Assembly: GCA_043819555.1 (NCBI GenBank) | Contig: JBDREQ010000024.1 | Coordinates: forward strand, 1 to 54,288 | Source of the DNA: Candidatus Zixiibacteriota bacterium | GTDB taxonomy: Bacteria; Zixibacteria; MSB-5A5; GN15; JAAZOE01 | DNA: 54,288 nt | Reading direction: 5' to 3' | Shown here: positions 7,207-17,191 of the stretch, piece after piece | How positions within the stretch are numbered: the stretch's first letter is position 1 | Layout of the letters: the number at the start of each line of letters is the position of its first letter | Program-made: the position numbers and the translations under genes | Notes under the pieces: model-generated | The model's input: only the letters and a program-made list of their open reading frames with translations | Told to the model about the DNA's origin: nothing | The model's database searches: none

Positions 7207-9267
7207 ATGCCGGGAATAATTGGAAACAAGATGACTATCTGCCGATTAATATTGGCCGCGTTTGCAATAACTGTACTTATCGCGTTATTTGGATGCAGCA
7301 ATCAGAAAACAAAAAGTACTATGCCGCCTACGCATCCGGCTGAATGGATAAATCCCGATTCGGAAGATTTTCATGGTCATATCGTCAATTCGCGGGGATT
7401 CAAAAGCTGTCAGGTCTGTCATGGCATAGATCTAAATGGAGGGCAAAGCCATATTTCCTGTATCGAATGCCACTTGGAATCAAATGTATGTAATGCTTGT
7501 CATGGCGGGTACGATAACAAGTCCGGAGCTCCTCCGTATGGCCTGCATGGCGAAATATCCGATACTGCTCTGGCGGTTGGCGCACATACGGCCCATATAG
7601 ATTCATCATCCATTTCGGGAAGTGTCCCCTGCCAGACATGTCATTTGGTGCCGTTAGTGATTCTTGACGAGGCTCATTTCGACACCAGTTCCGCGATTCT
7701 TGATTCCATTGCCGAAATTACCTGGCAGGGACTGGAAACCGACGGATCGGCCGTTTGGGATCGCCAATTGAGAGAATGTTCCAAAACTTATTGCCACGGC
7801 AATTTTTATGGCGGAGATACGACTAATGTTCCAATCTGGACGGCGACCGACCAGGCTGTTTGCGGCTCGTGCCACGATATAGGCGATGATCCTGCTTTGC
7901 TTCTCGGGGCTCATAAGTTTCATGTGGACATAATGAGTTTTAATTGTTCTCAATGCCATGGCAGTGTTGTGGATGATGGCTTGAATATTACGGTAGCCTC
8001 GCTTCATGTGAACGGAATAATTAACACGGCGATAACCAATCCGGAAATTTGCGAAAGATGCCATGGGCCGAATGCCTCGCCATGTTCCGGTTGTCACGGC
8101 GGACTGGATAATGATACTGGCGCCCCGCCTTATGATTTGCGCGGCGATTCGGCGAATACTTTGTTAGGAGTAGGCGCCCATACCGCGCATCTGACCGACT
8201 CGCCCTTGGCGGCGGCTCTGGAATGCGGCACATGCCATATAGTCCCGGATGATATTATTGACTCGCTGCATCTTGATCTGGGAACCGAATCGATCGATTC
8301 AATTGCCGAAATAACCTGGAGTGGTCTGGCCGATAATGGGGAATCAATCTGGGATAGAAATGCCGCAGAATGTTCCAATTCTTATTGCCACGGCAATTTC
8401 ATCGGTGGAAATGTTGCCAATACTCCCGTTTGGACTGCCGTCAATCAGGCCGAGTGCGGCACATGCCATGACGATGGTTCAGCTCCTTTGAATCTTTCGT
8501 CAGTACATTATTTTCATGTCGGCACGGCAGCCATCAGATGTTCATTATGTCACAGCGAAGTAATTGATAATCAAAAAGAAATAGTATCCAATCAACTCCA
8601 CGTCAATGGCATTAAGAATTGGGATGAAAATTCCTGCGATGATTGCCATGAACCGTCTGGCTCAAGATGCGTTATCTGTCACGGCGGACTTGATAATCAA
8701 TCCGGCGCTCCGCCATATGACATTGATGGCGAATCGGCAGCCAGCCTGATTAGCGTCGGGGCTCATACCGCCCACATAGATGGCAATTTGATTTCAGACG
8801 GCATTGATTGTGATGAATGCCATGTTGTGCCAGTGTTTGCTCTTGCTGTCGGCCATCTTGATTCCGACGGAATTCCCGATATTGATTTTGGACCATTGGC
8901 AGGATCTTCATCAACATGGAATAGAAATACCAGGCTCTGTTCCGATTCTTACTGTCATGGAAATTTCTCAGGCGGATACTTCAATAATACTCCTGACTGG
9001 ACCGGAGGTGAAGTTGAAGCGGGTTGCGGCTCGTGTCATGACGATGGTACAAATCCGCGAAATCTTTCCGGCAGACATGATGACCATGTTGCTGAAGGTA
9101 TTGAATGTTATCGATGCCATGCTTCAACGGTCAACGTAAATATGTCAATCACCGGTCTCGGTCAGCATGTCAATGGCTCAATCGAAATTGTTTTTTCAAG
9201 CGGCAGCGGGACTTTTTCTGGCGGTCGGTGCAACAACGTCGGCTGTCACGACTCTGAAGACTGGTAA
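7207..9267 (+). CDS. Lipoprotein multiheme cytochrome of the Geobacter CxxxxCH...CxxCH type (16 CxxCH + 4 CxxxxCH), three internal repeats
   Basis: Lipobox LFG-C; CSxxYCHG...W...CGxCH modules; three copies of CHGGxDNxxGAPPYxxxG...VGAHTAH starting at 7489, 8083 and 8668. Confidence 0.92.
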   Translation: MPGIIGNKMTICRLILAAFAITVLIALFGCSNQKTKSTMPPTHPAEWINPDSEDFHGHIVNSRGFKSCQVCHGIDLNGGQSHISCIECHLESNVCNACHGGYDNKSGAPPYGLHGEISDTALAVGAHTAHIDSSSISGSVPCQTCHLVPLVILDEAHFDTSSAILDSIAEITWQGLETDGSAVWDRQLRECSKTYCHGNFYGGDTTNVPIWTATDQAVCGSCHDIGDDPALLLGAHKFHVDIMSFNCSQCHGSVVDDGLNITVASLHVNGIINTAITNPEICERCHGPNASPCSGCHGGLDNDTGAPPYDLRGDSANTLLGVGAHTAHLTDSPLAAALECGTCHIVPDDIIDSLHLDLGTESIDSIAEITWSGLADNGESIWDRNAAECSNSYCHGNFIGGNVANTPVWTAVNQAECGTCHDDGSAPLNLSSVHYFHVGTAAIRCSLCHSEVIDNQKEIVSNQLHVNGIKNWDENSCDDCHEPSGSRCVICHGGLDNQSGAPPYDIDGESAASLISVGAHTAHIDGNLISDGIDCDECHVVPVFALAVGHLDSDGIPDIDFGPLAGSSSTWNRNTRLCSDSYCHGNFSGGYFNNTPDWTGGEVEAGCGSCHDDGTNPRNLSGRHDDHVAEGIECYRCHASTVNVNMSITGLGQHVNGSIEIVFSSGSGTFSGGRCNNVGCHDSEDW

Positions 9268-9500
9268 TCTCTTCAAATAAATTCGGAAATGAATAAATTC
9301 ATTTTCAATTCATGGATTTGGTTGGTTTGTATCAAATTCCCGTTCAACAACTTAATTTGAATTGTGTTCTCAATAATCGAGACTTCACTTTTATAATCAC
9401 TTCATGTTACAAATAAAATCGCTTGCATGTTTAGAGAATTATCAATAATTTGGAAAATGCTTCGCACTATCCTCGAACCATTTTTTAGACTGGATTAAGT

Positions 9501-12500
9501 ATGAATCAATTTATCAATCTATCAATAGGACAATCCATTGGGATGGCACGCAAACTGGGGTTGATATTTTTTGCGTTGATGACTTTCGGGTTAATCGGAT
9601 CGGCAATATCGCAGACGACGCCGGTCATAGGTATCCGCGATAAGACGCCGGATTTAAAAGTGTTCATAAACGCCAGAATAGTCGTTTCTCCCGAAATGTC
9701 AATTGACAGCGCAAAGATGATTATTAAAGACGGCAAGATTCTCGTTATCGGCTCTTCTAATGTCAAAATACCCGATGAGGCTGATATTATTGATGTCATG
9801 GGGAAAACTATTTATCCCGGGTTTATTGAAACCGTTTCCGACTATGGATTACCGAAGGAAAGAGACGATCGCCCCTCGGGAAGAGGTGATTCGCGTCCGC
9901 CCCAATATGAGGGAGAGCGTATCGGCGGTGATGCATGGAATGACGCCATCCATGCCGAAAAAAATTGGGGGCAGTCTTTCCGTCCATCCGCTGACGATTC
10001 CAAGGAGTTAATGTCACTGGGATTTTCGATGGTTCAATCTGTCAAACTCGACGGCGTATTTCGAGGACGCTCGTTTGTCGTACTGCTCGGCGATGGGTTG
10101 CCCAATGATTTGCTGATTAAACCTTATGGCTCTCATTTTGCGTCATTTGACAAAGGCATTTCTCAGCAGCAGTACCCAGGTTCTCTATTCGGAATAATCG
10201 CGATGATTCGCCAAACATTCTATGACGTTGATTGGTACCAGAAAGCGCATCAGGCTTACTTGCTAAATAATAATCAAAAGATGACTGAATTCAATTCTGC
10301 CATCGAAGCCCTAAGCAATATAAAGAATGAAAAATTGATCTTTGAGGGTAATACCGAGAGTCAGACAGTGATGCGTTCTGATCGAATCGCCGATGAATTT
10401 GGATATAATTTTGTGCATATCGCCGGCGGCCGCGAATACGCATGGCTGGACGAAGTCAAAAATACCGGCGGGACATTAATCGTTCCTCTTGACTTCCCTG
10501 AAGAACCCAAGTTGGAAAATCCTATCGATGGCCTGGATTATTCATTATATACGTTACGACATTGGGAAACGGCGCCTTCCAATCCGGCCCGACTGGAATC
10601 AAAAGATATTACGTTTGCATTAACCACACATCGTCTGGAAAAGAAAAAATCATTCTGGACCAACCTCCGCACAGCCATGGAGAGAGGCTTGACCAAAGAA
10701 AAAGCCTTTGCTGCTTTGACGACAGTTCCCGCAGAAATTTGCGGTGTTTCCAATCTTGTGGGTACATTAGAAAAGGGTAAACTGGCAAACTTTTTCATAT
10801 GCGACGGCGATATTTTCGATAAGGAATGTGATATTTATTCAGTCTGGGTGGCTGGCAAGAAATATGATATTTCTCCTTTTCCGGTCACAGAATTTTCGGG
10901 CGAATATAGCCTTACGGTTAACGAGCAGACACTGACTTTGATTCTGGAAGGAAAACCTGCGGAACTGTCCGGAAAAGTCCAATTGGATGAATGGAAAGAA
11001 AAAATAAAAAGCATCGACACAGAGCGCAATTTTATTTCCTTCACAACTGTAATTGACAGCATTAAAGATTCGGGCGTGGCGCATTTCACCGGTCGCAAGG
11101 AAAACGATCAAATTTCAGGGAAGTGCACTTTGCCGAACGGAGCATTTGTCGATTGGAACGCGAATAGAATCGGCGATGTCCCCGAAGAAGAGCCGGAATC
11201 TGATTCGACAACTACGGACGAGAGTAAAGTTGGGAAACCGGGAAAAAGGGATAGGAAAGACGAGGATAAAAAGGAAGAATTGGTCGCCGGTTTCAGTTAT
11301 CCGAATATGGCCTTCGGTTATGAGTCTCCGCCTGTTCAAGAGGATGTTATCATAAAAAATACCACGATCTGGACGGCAGAAGATGCCGGGATTTTGGAAA
11401 GAACAGATATCCTCGTTAAGGGCGGGAAATTCGCGAAGATCGGCCAGAATCTGGAAATCCCTTCCGGAATCAGAGTTATTGATGCCTCCGGAAAGCACGT
11501 TACTCCCGGAATTATCGATGACCATGGTCACATCGCGGCATCGGGCGATATAAACGAAGGAACCTTTGCGATAACTCCCGAAGTAAGAATCAGTGATGTC
11601 GTTAATCCTGAGGACATTTCAATATATCGACAATTGGCGGGAGGCGTGACAACGGTTATGTGTCTGCACGGTTCGGCCAATCCAATCGGCGGTCAAAACC
11701 AAACGATGAAATTGCGCTGGGGCTCAAACGCCGAAAATCTGAAATTTAAAAATGCGGCTCCTACTATAAAATTCGCTCTTGGTGAAAACGTCAAACAAAG
11801 TAACTGGGGCGATAATATGAGGAGCCGCTATCCGCAATCTCGGATGGGCGTTGAATCAATTATGCGGGATGTGTTTCAGGCGGCTCGAGAATATGAGCAG
11901 GATTGGGAAAACTATAATAACCTGCCCAAAAAAGAAAGGGCGCGCATTGTGCCGCCGCGTAAAGATATCGGTCTGGATGCTATAGTCGAAGTTTTAAATT
12001 CGGAGAGGATGGTTCATTGCCATTCATACGTCCAAAGCGAAACTCTGATGATGATGCGATTGGCTGAGCAATTCGGATTTACGCTTGATGTTTTTATTCA
12101 TATTCTGGAAGGTTACAAAGTAGCCGACGAAATGGCCCGACATGGGGCGATGGCCACGACATTCTCGGATTGGTGGGCATATAAATTCGAGGTTTATGAT
12201 GCCATACCTTACGGCGGAGCTTTAATGGCCGCAAAAGGAGTAAACACATCCTTCAACTCAGACAGTCCGGATGTGGCTCGGCGATTAAATCAGGAAGCCG
12301 GGAAGGCGATTTTATACGGAGGCATGGCGCCGGAGGAAGCCATCAAATTGGTTACTATTAATCCAGCAAAACATTTAGGCGCTGACCAGTATGTTGGAAG
12401 CATTGCCGAAGGTAAAGACGCGGATTTCGCGATTTGGAACGATTACCCGCTTTCAATCTATGCCAAAGCTGAACAAACATGGATTGACGGTAAAAAATAT

Positions 12501-12605
12501 TTTGATCTCGAAACCGACAAAAGGCTTCGCGAGGCGGTCAAAACGGAAAGAAATAGATTAATACAAAAAATCCTAACATCCTCTAAAAAAGGCGGAGGCA
12601 GGTAA
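9501..12605 (+). CDS. Secreted double-domain amidohydrolase-family protein
   Basis: Signal peptide (start may be ATG 9543). Two 'ID..GK...PG.I' to 'G....GK.A.F' amidohydrolase units; only the second has metal ligands (DDHGH, HCH, FIH, NSD). Confidence 0.85.
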   Translation: MNQFINLSIGQSIGMARKLGLIFFALMTFGLIGSAISQTTPVIGIRDKTPDLKVFINARIVVSPEMSIDSAKMIIKDGKILVIGSSNVKIPDEADIIDVMGKTIYPGFIETVSDYGLPKERDDRPSGRGDSRPPQYEGERIGGDAWNDAIHAEKNWGQSFRPSADDSKELMSLGFSMVQSVKLDGVFRGRSFVVLLGDGLPNDLLIKPYGSHFASFDKGISQQQYPGSLFGIIAMIRQTFYDVDWYQKAHQAYLLNNNQKMTEFNSAIEALSNIKNEKLIFEGNTESQTVMRSDRIADEFGYNFVHIAGGREYAWLDEVKNTGGTLIVPLDFPEEPKLENPIDGLDYSLYTLRHWETAPSNPARLESKDITFALTTHRLEKKKSFWTNLRTAMERGLTKEKAFAALTTVPAEICGVSNLVGTLEKGKLANFFICDGDIFDKECDIYSVWVAGKKYDISPFPVTEFSGEYSLTVNEQTLTLILEGKPAELSGKVQLDEWKEKIKSIDTERNFISFTTVIDSIKDSGVAHFTGRKENDQISGKCTLPNGAFVDWNANRIGDVPEEEPESDSTTTDESKVGKPGKRDRKDEDKKEELVAGFSYPNMAFGYESPPVQEDVIIKNTTIWTAEDAGILERTDILVKGGKFAKIGQNLEIPSGIRVIDASGKHVTPGIIDDHGHIAASGDINEGTFAITPEVRISDVVNPEDISIYRQLAGGVTTVMCLHGSANPIGGQNQTMKLRWGSNAENLKFKNAAPTIKFALGENVKQSNWGDNMRSRYPQSRMGVESIMRDVFQAAREYEQDWENYNNLPKKERARIVPPRKDIGLDAIVEVLNSERMVHCHSYVQSETLMMMRLAEQFGFTLDVFIHILEGYKVADEMARHGAMATTFSDWWAYKFEVYDAIPYGGALMAAKGVNTSFNSDSPDVARRLNQEAGKAILYGGMAPEEAIKLVTINPAKHLGADQYVGSIAEGKDADFAIWNDYPLSIYAKAEQTWIDGKKYFDLETDKRLREAVKTERNRLIQKILTSSKKGGGR

Positions 12606-12606
12606 A

Positions 12607-13950
12607 ATGAAAACAGCATACAAAATTAGAGGATTTATAAAATCCGCCAGTCTGGCAAAAGCCATTGCGATATCCTTAATCGTTATTATGGCTATTTGTA
12701 CCGGTATAGCCGCGCATGATTATGTGCCGGGTGAAAGACAATCGCATCCAATCCTGCTTAAAGGCGGCAATCTTCATACAATCAGCAATGGTCTTATGGA
12801 ACATTCTGATATTCTTTTTGAAAATGGTCGAATTACGAATATCGGAATTAATTTAACATTGCCCGATAATACTGAGATAATTGACGTGACCGGCCAAGAA
12901 GTTTATCCAGGCATTATCGCCCCGGCAACAAGTATTGGGCTTTCGGAAATAGGGGCGGTAAGAGCCACAAATGATACTCGCGAGATAGGCGTGATAAACC
13001 CCAATGTCAAATCTCGCATCGCTTATAATCCGGATTCGGAGATTATTCCTTCGGTCAGAGCCCATGGTATTACTACCGTTTTGGTTGTACCTGGCGGTTC
13101 GGTCATTACCGGTATATCCAGCCTGATTAATCTCGATGGATGGACGGTTGAAGATGCTGCCGAAAAAATCGATCTTGGCCTGCATGTCAACTGGCCCGGT
13201 GTTTCGGGTGGGGGCGGGCGATATGGAAGACGGCAGAATCCTGAGCAACAGCGAGAAAGGCAAATGCAGGCCCGCGAGGACTTATATCAAATTTTCAGAG
13301 ATGCCCGAACCTATTACAACGCCCGTCAGACCGATGCCGAGATGAAAATTGATGAACGCTGGGAAGCGATGATGCCGATTTTTTCCGAAGGAATGCCGGT
13401 TTTTATAACAGCCAACGATTATCGTCAGATTGAACAAGCCGTAAGCTTCTCAAAGGAATTCGGCCTCAAAATAATCATATCTGGAGGCGGTGATGCCTGG
13501 ATGTGTACTGAATTACTTAAAGAAAACGATATACCCGTTATTACTCGTTATGTGGAAGGGACACCTCAACGATCAGATGAAGCTTACGATATGGCCTTCA
13601 CTTTGCCGGCTATGTTGGCCGAGGGCGGCGTTAAATTCTGCATCGGCCAAACTGGAGGGACAGGCACAAGAAACTTGCCATTTCAGGCAGGGCGAGCGGC
13701 AGGCAATGGTTTGACCAGGGAAGAAGCTTTGAGAGCCATAACTCTCTCTACTGCTGAAATCCTGGGTGTTGCCGATGATCTCGGTTCGCTCGAAATCGGC
13801 AAGAAAGCGACGATTGTTATATCAGAAGGCGATATTATGGACATGATAACTCAAAATGTCATCCTTGAATATATCGAGGGCCGCAAGGTTGATCTGAATA
13901 ATAAACACAAAGAACTATATGAAAAATACCGTCAAAAATCATTGAATTGA
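12607..13950 (+). CDS. Secreted amidohydrolase-family protein lacking the HxH metal motif
   Basis: IDVTGQEVYPGII, IGLSEIGAV, ALRAITLSTAEILG, GSLEIGKKAT; starts 1 nt after the upstream stop. Confidence 0.85.
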   Translation: MKTAYKIRGFIKSASLAKAIAISLIVIMAICTGIAAHDYVPGERQSHPILLKGGNLHTISNGLMEHSDILFENGRITNIGINLTLPDNTEIIDVTGQEVYPGIIAPATSIGLSEIGAVRATNDTREIGVINPNVKSRIAYNPDSEIIPSVRAHGITTVLVVPGGSVITGISSLINLDGWTVEDAAEKIDLGLHVNWPGVSGGGGRYGRRQNPEQQRERQMQAREDLYQIFRDARTYYNARQTDAEMKIDERWEAMMPIFSEGMPVFITANDYRQIEQAVSFSKEFGLKIIISGGGDAWMCTELLKENDIPVITRYVEGTPQRSDEAYDMAFTLPAMLAEGGVKFCIGQTGGTGTRNLPFQAGRAAGNGLTREEALRAITLSTAEILGVADDLGSLEIGKKATIVISEGDIMDMITQNVILEYIEGRKVDLNNKHKELYEKYRQKSLN

Positions 13951-13970
13951 TTTAGTGGATTATTTAAAAT

Positions 13971-14001
13971 GAGGCCGCCTGTTTTCGGGCGGTCTTTTTT
14001 T
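13971..14001 (+). terminator. Rho-independent terminator
   Basis: AGGCCGCCTG-tttt-CGGGCGGTCT followed by a T-run. Confidence 0.8.
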
Positions 14002-14186
14002 ATCATGCTTCTGTCAGAAATATTTAATTCCCATTCCCATTGATATGACTTGGGTAAATTAATCGATGCGGCGACCAAATCCTAAACAGCATTTCACGCC
14101 GATTTTATATTTGTAAATGAAAATCAAAAATTATATTGTCATTTACCGGGTTAAGCTAAACTAAAATCCAAAGGATAGGTGGGGAT

Positions 14187-14774
14187 ATGAAAAATAGATG
14201 CACCTGGGCGGGCGATGATCCTATGATGCGAGCCTATCATGATGAAGAATGGGGCATCCCGTTATATGATGATCAAAAACTCTTTGAATTTTTAATCCTT
14301 GAAGGGATGCAGGCCGGGCTCAGCTGGTCAACAATTCTGAAAAAAAGAGATAATTTTCGAAATGCGTTCGATAATTTCGATGCTGTCAAAATCGCCCGCT
14401 ACCGCAATGCGAAAATCGAAAAATTGATGAGTGAAGCTGGTATAATTCGTAATCGACTGAAAATCAAAGCCGCTATTTCCGGCGCCAAAGCCTATTTGAA
14501 TGTCCAAAAAGAATTTGGTTCTTTTCACAATTATATCTGGCAGTTTACTGGTGGCAAACCGATTGTAAACAAATGGAAAACACTCAAAGATATCCCCGTT
14601 TTTACGCCGGAAGCGGAAGTGATGAGTAAAGATCTTAAGAGGCGCGGATTCAATTTTGTGGGGCCGACGATATGCTACGCCTTTATGCAGGCCACCGGAA
14701 TGGTCAACGATCACACTACCGATTGCTTTCGTTATAAGCAAGTTCTTAAAGAGAAGAGGCGATCAATGAAATAA
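14187..14774 (+). CDS. tag: DNA-3-methyladenine glycosylase I
   Basis: RCxW, YHDEEWG, LEGMQAGLSW, IIRNRLKI, FVGPTICYAFMQATGMVNDHxxxC. Confidence 0.97.
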   Translation: MKNRCTWAGDDPMMRAYHDEEWGIPLYDDQKLFEFLILEGMQAGLSWSTILKKRDNFRNAFDNFDAVKIARYRNAKIEKLMSEAGIIRNRLKIKAAISGAKAYLNVQKEFGSFHNYIWQFTGGKPIVNKWKTLKDIPVFTPEAEVMSKDLKRRGFNFVGPTICYAFMQATGMVNDHTTDCFRYKQVLKEKRRSMK

Positions 14775-14819
14775 GATATTGTATTGTCTCAATATCATAT
14801 ATTTATTACCGAGGCGCTT

Positions 14820-15329
14820 ATGGAAAGTAAGATTCTCCGGAATAGGATTAAATATCTACTTGTTTTTTTTATCACTGCTTTGACATTAAGTGGGTTAACG
14901 GCATTCCCCATAGAAACAGGTCTTAAATTTCTAAATTCAAATTTCGATCAGGGCACTTCTTTGGGAAATTTGTGGCCGGCGATGTCTCAATGGATTGCTC
15001 AGGTATATTCAGGAGTAGTTAATACATATCAAGCATATCCGTTTATCGCCTACGGTACCGATTGGCTGGCCTTCGCTCATATCGTTATAGCAATCGCGTT
15101 TATTGGACCGTTACGCGATCCGGTCAAAAATATCTGGGTTGTGGAATTTGGTCTGATCGCCTGTATTCTCATTCTGCCGTTAGCGCTAATATGCGGACTT
15201 ATCAGGGGCATACCCTTTTTCTGGATTCTGATAGATTGTTCATTTGGCATTTTCGGATTTGTTCCACTCTGGATTACTCGAAAATATATTTTGAGATTAC
15301 AAGCATTGTCCTCACCTAACGATCAATGA
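14820..15329 (+). CDS. Conserved hypothetical membrane protein
   Basis: About four hydrophobic segments; LSGLTAFP, YGTDWLAFAH, GPLRDPVKNIW, IDCSFG; ATG 14820 preceded by GAGG. Confidence 0.75.
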   Translation: MESKILRNRIKYLLVFFITALTLSGLTAFPIETGLKFLNSNFDQGTSLGNLWPAMSQWIAQVYSGVVNTYQAYPFIAYGTDWLAFAHIVIAIAFIGPLRDPVKNIWVVEFGLIACILILPLALICGLIRGIPFFWILIDCSFGIFGFVPLWITRKYILRLQALSSPNDQ

Positions 15330-16020
15330 TGTTTTGCAGGAATCGATATAACGGTTTTAAAAGCAGAAATTGCTCAATTAGGTATTCTGCCAGCTTTGAT
15401 GATACTAATAATGAGTCAGGGCGTTTATACTGAACCAGATAAAAACTCTTTTTCTGATACCACTCCTGCAACCAGTCCGGGATGTCCGAACTCATAGGCC
15501 GTTTATAATTCTCACCAGCCAAATCAAACGCTTTCCTGCGAACAAATGGAGCGATAACTTTTTTAAAAGCCTTAGGATTAGCTTCTAATTGGCCGCGAAA
15601 TCTATTCATAATATCACTTGACGCTCGATAGAATCCCATCCCATAACGATACACATTATCCTCCGACATTAATTCAAAGAAAAATCCGGGATAATTCTGC
15701 CATTGTTTGCCGTTTCTTTTAAACACTAACCACATGTTTTTTTTGAACAGAGATTTATCCTTTGAAAACCGAGTGTCACGATAAATTTTAGTAATAGTCT
15801 TATTGATATTCGGGCGGGTCTCAATTTTGGGATCGATTTCAAGCATTGTCCCGCTCAATTCAGAAACCAGGCTTCGAAATGGCGTTAATATATATTCATC
15901 ATACCTCACCCGATTATCTTCAAACCATTTTTTATCATTATTTTTCCTATTGTCCCTTAGAAATGATATGGTTTGCTTATGAAAACCTTCGAATCTTATT
16001 TCGTTATTGTCGCTTTTCAC
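15316..16020 (-). CDS. DUF2461 family protein
   Basis: FL..NNDKKWF..N...Y and IYRDTRFSKDKS motifs; GTG 16020 after GGAG (ORF open to 16044). Confidence 0.85.
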   Translation of the reverse strand: MKSDNNEIRFEGFHKQTISFLRDNRKNNDKKWFEDNRVRYDEYILTPFRSLVSELSGTMLEIDPKIETRPNINKTITKIYRDTRFSKDKSLFKKNMWLVFKRNGKQWQNYPGFFFELMSEDNVYRYGMGFYRASSDIMNRFRGQLEANPKAFKKVIAPFVRRKAFDLAGENYKRPMSSDIPDWLQEWYQKKSFYLVQYKRPDSLLVSSKLAEYLIEQFLLLKPLYRFLQNIIDR

Positions 16021-16147
16021 TATTGAGACTCCAGTCCTATACAATTGAAGATATAATTAACAATGAATGCAGGATAAGGCAATCACATTTTATTTACTGG
16101 GTGGACTCTTTACATCCTAAAAATTATTTGGTATATACCGGCCACCT

Positions 16148-16945
16148 ATGAGCAAGTGGCGACTTATTATAGATAGGGAATGTTCAGCTTCATTCAATAT
16201 GGCGGCTGATAAATATTTATTTGATTCTGCGGGGGATGATTCGCACATTCCCGTCCTCAGGATTTATGGCTGGAAAGAGCCTTCTATAACAATTGGACAT
16301 CACCAGTCAATTGAGCGGGCATTGGAAAGATCCCGTTTGGATCTAACGCCGGTCGTCAAACGAATCACCGGTGGGCGGGCTCTTTTGCATGAGACTGACG
16401 AAATCACATACGCCATTGCGGGTGCTTTTCTGAAATACAAGCAATTGGGAAATACGTTATACGAATCGTATAATAATATTTCCAACGCCATTGTAAATTT
16501 CTATAACTCTTTTGGCTGGGAGGCGGAGATTAATCGACGCGATAATCCCATTTCGTTGAATAAAACCGGCACAGTACAAAAGGGGTGTATGGCCGCTGTG
16601 TCACATTATGAAGTGATTATCAACGGCCAAAAAATGGCGGCTGGATCGCAGCGACGGACAACGCATTATTTTTTGCAGCACGGGGCAATTAAACTATTCC
16701 CGCCGCGCTCGCACCCTGCAATTTTATGCAGCACGGAAGTTGTTGCCTTAAAAGAGATTGAAAGGCCAGTGCCTGAATGCGATGATTTGATATATAAGTT
16801 GGTAGTGGCGTTTGAGCGCGAATTTAACATAGAGTTTGAAAATCATAATTGGGATTTGCGTGAAAGAAACTTTATTGCTGAAATAGAATCGGATTTTGGT
16901 AATTTGAACTCCGTGCAAATTGATTTAAACAGACGGGTTAGTTAA
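16148..16945 (+). CDS. Lipoate-protein ligase A / LipM-like octanoyltransferase family
   Basis: NMAAD, LRIYGW, RITGGRALLH, KMAAGSQRR, LQHGAI. Confidence 0.88.
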   Translation: MSKWRLIIDRECSASFNMAADKYLFDSAGDDSHIPVLRIYGWKEPSITIGHHQSIERALERSRLDLTPVVKRITGGRALLHETDEITYAIAGAFLKYKQLGNTLYESYNNISNAIVNFYNSFGWEAEINRRDNPISLNKTGTVQKGCMAAVSHYEVIINGQKMAAGSQRRTTHYFLQHGAIKLFPPRSHPAILCSTEVVALKEIERPVPECDDLIYKLVVAFEREFNIEFENHNWDLRERNFIAEIESDFGNLNSVQIDLNRRVS

Positions 16946-17191
16946 GGAGTCATTATATTGTAGAGTTGAATTTATTGGGAAAAATCGCTTGACTCCAGGG
17001 CGTGTTTTGTTGTATTTTTGATTTCTGCCTATCCGTGTAAATAAGCGGATGCGTGGCATATGTTAATTAGGGTTGAGATTGGAAAGGTTTGGGTATAGGA
17101 TTTGAAGATTGATAATAAATCTCGAATCAAATTTATCCCTCACATAAAAACAAATCGCATTGACACTTATCCCAGTGAGGAGGGTCTCTGT

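Noticed and set aside
6189..9139. Alternative-frame and antisense ORFs over the cytochrome genes
   Set aside because: Shadows of Cys/His codon-rich genes with no recognisable motifs.
9287..9305. AT-rich inverted repeat AAATGAA-taaa-TTCATTT after the cytochrome operon
   Set aside because: Too AT-rich and short to call a terminator or operator.
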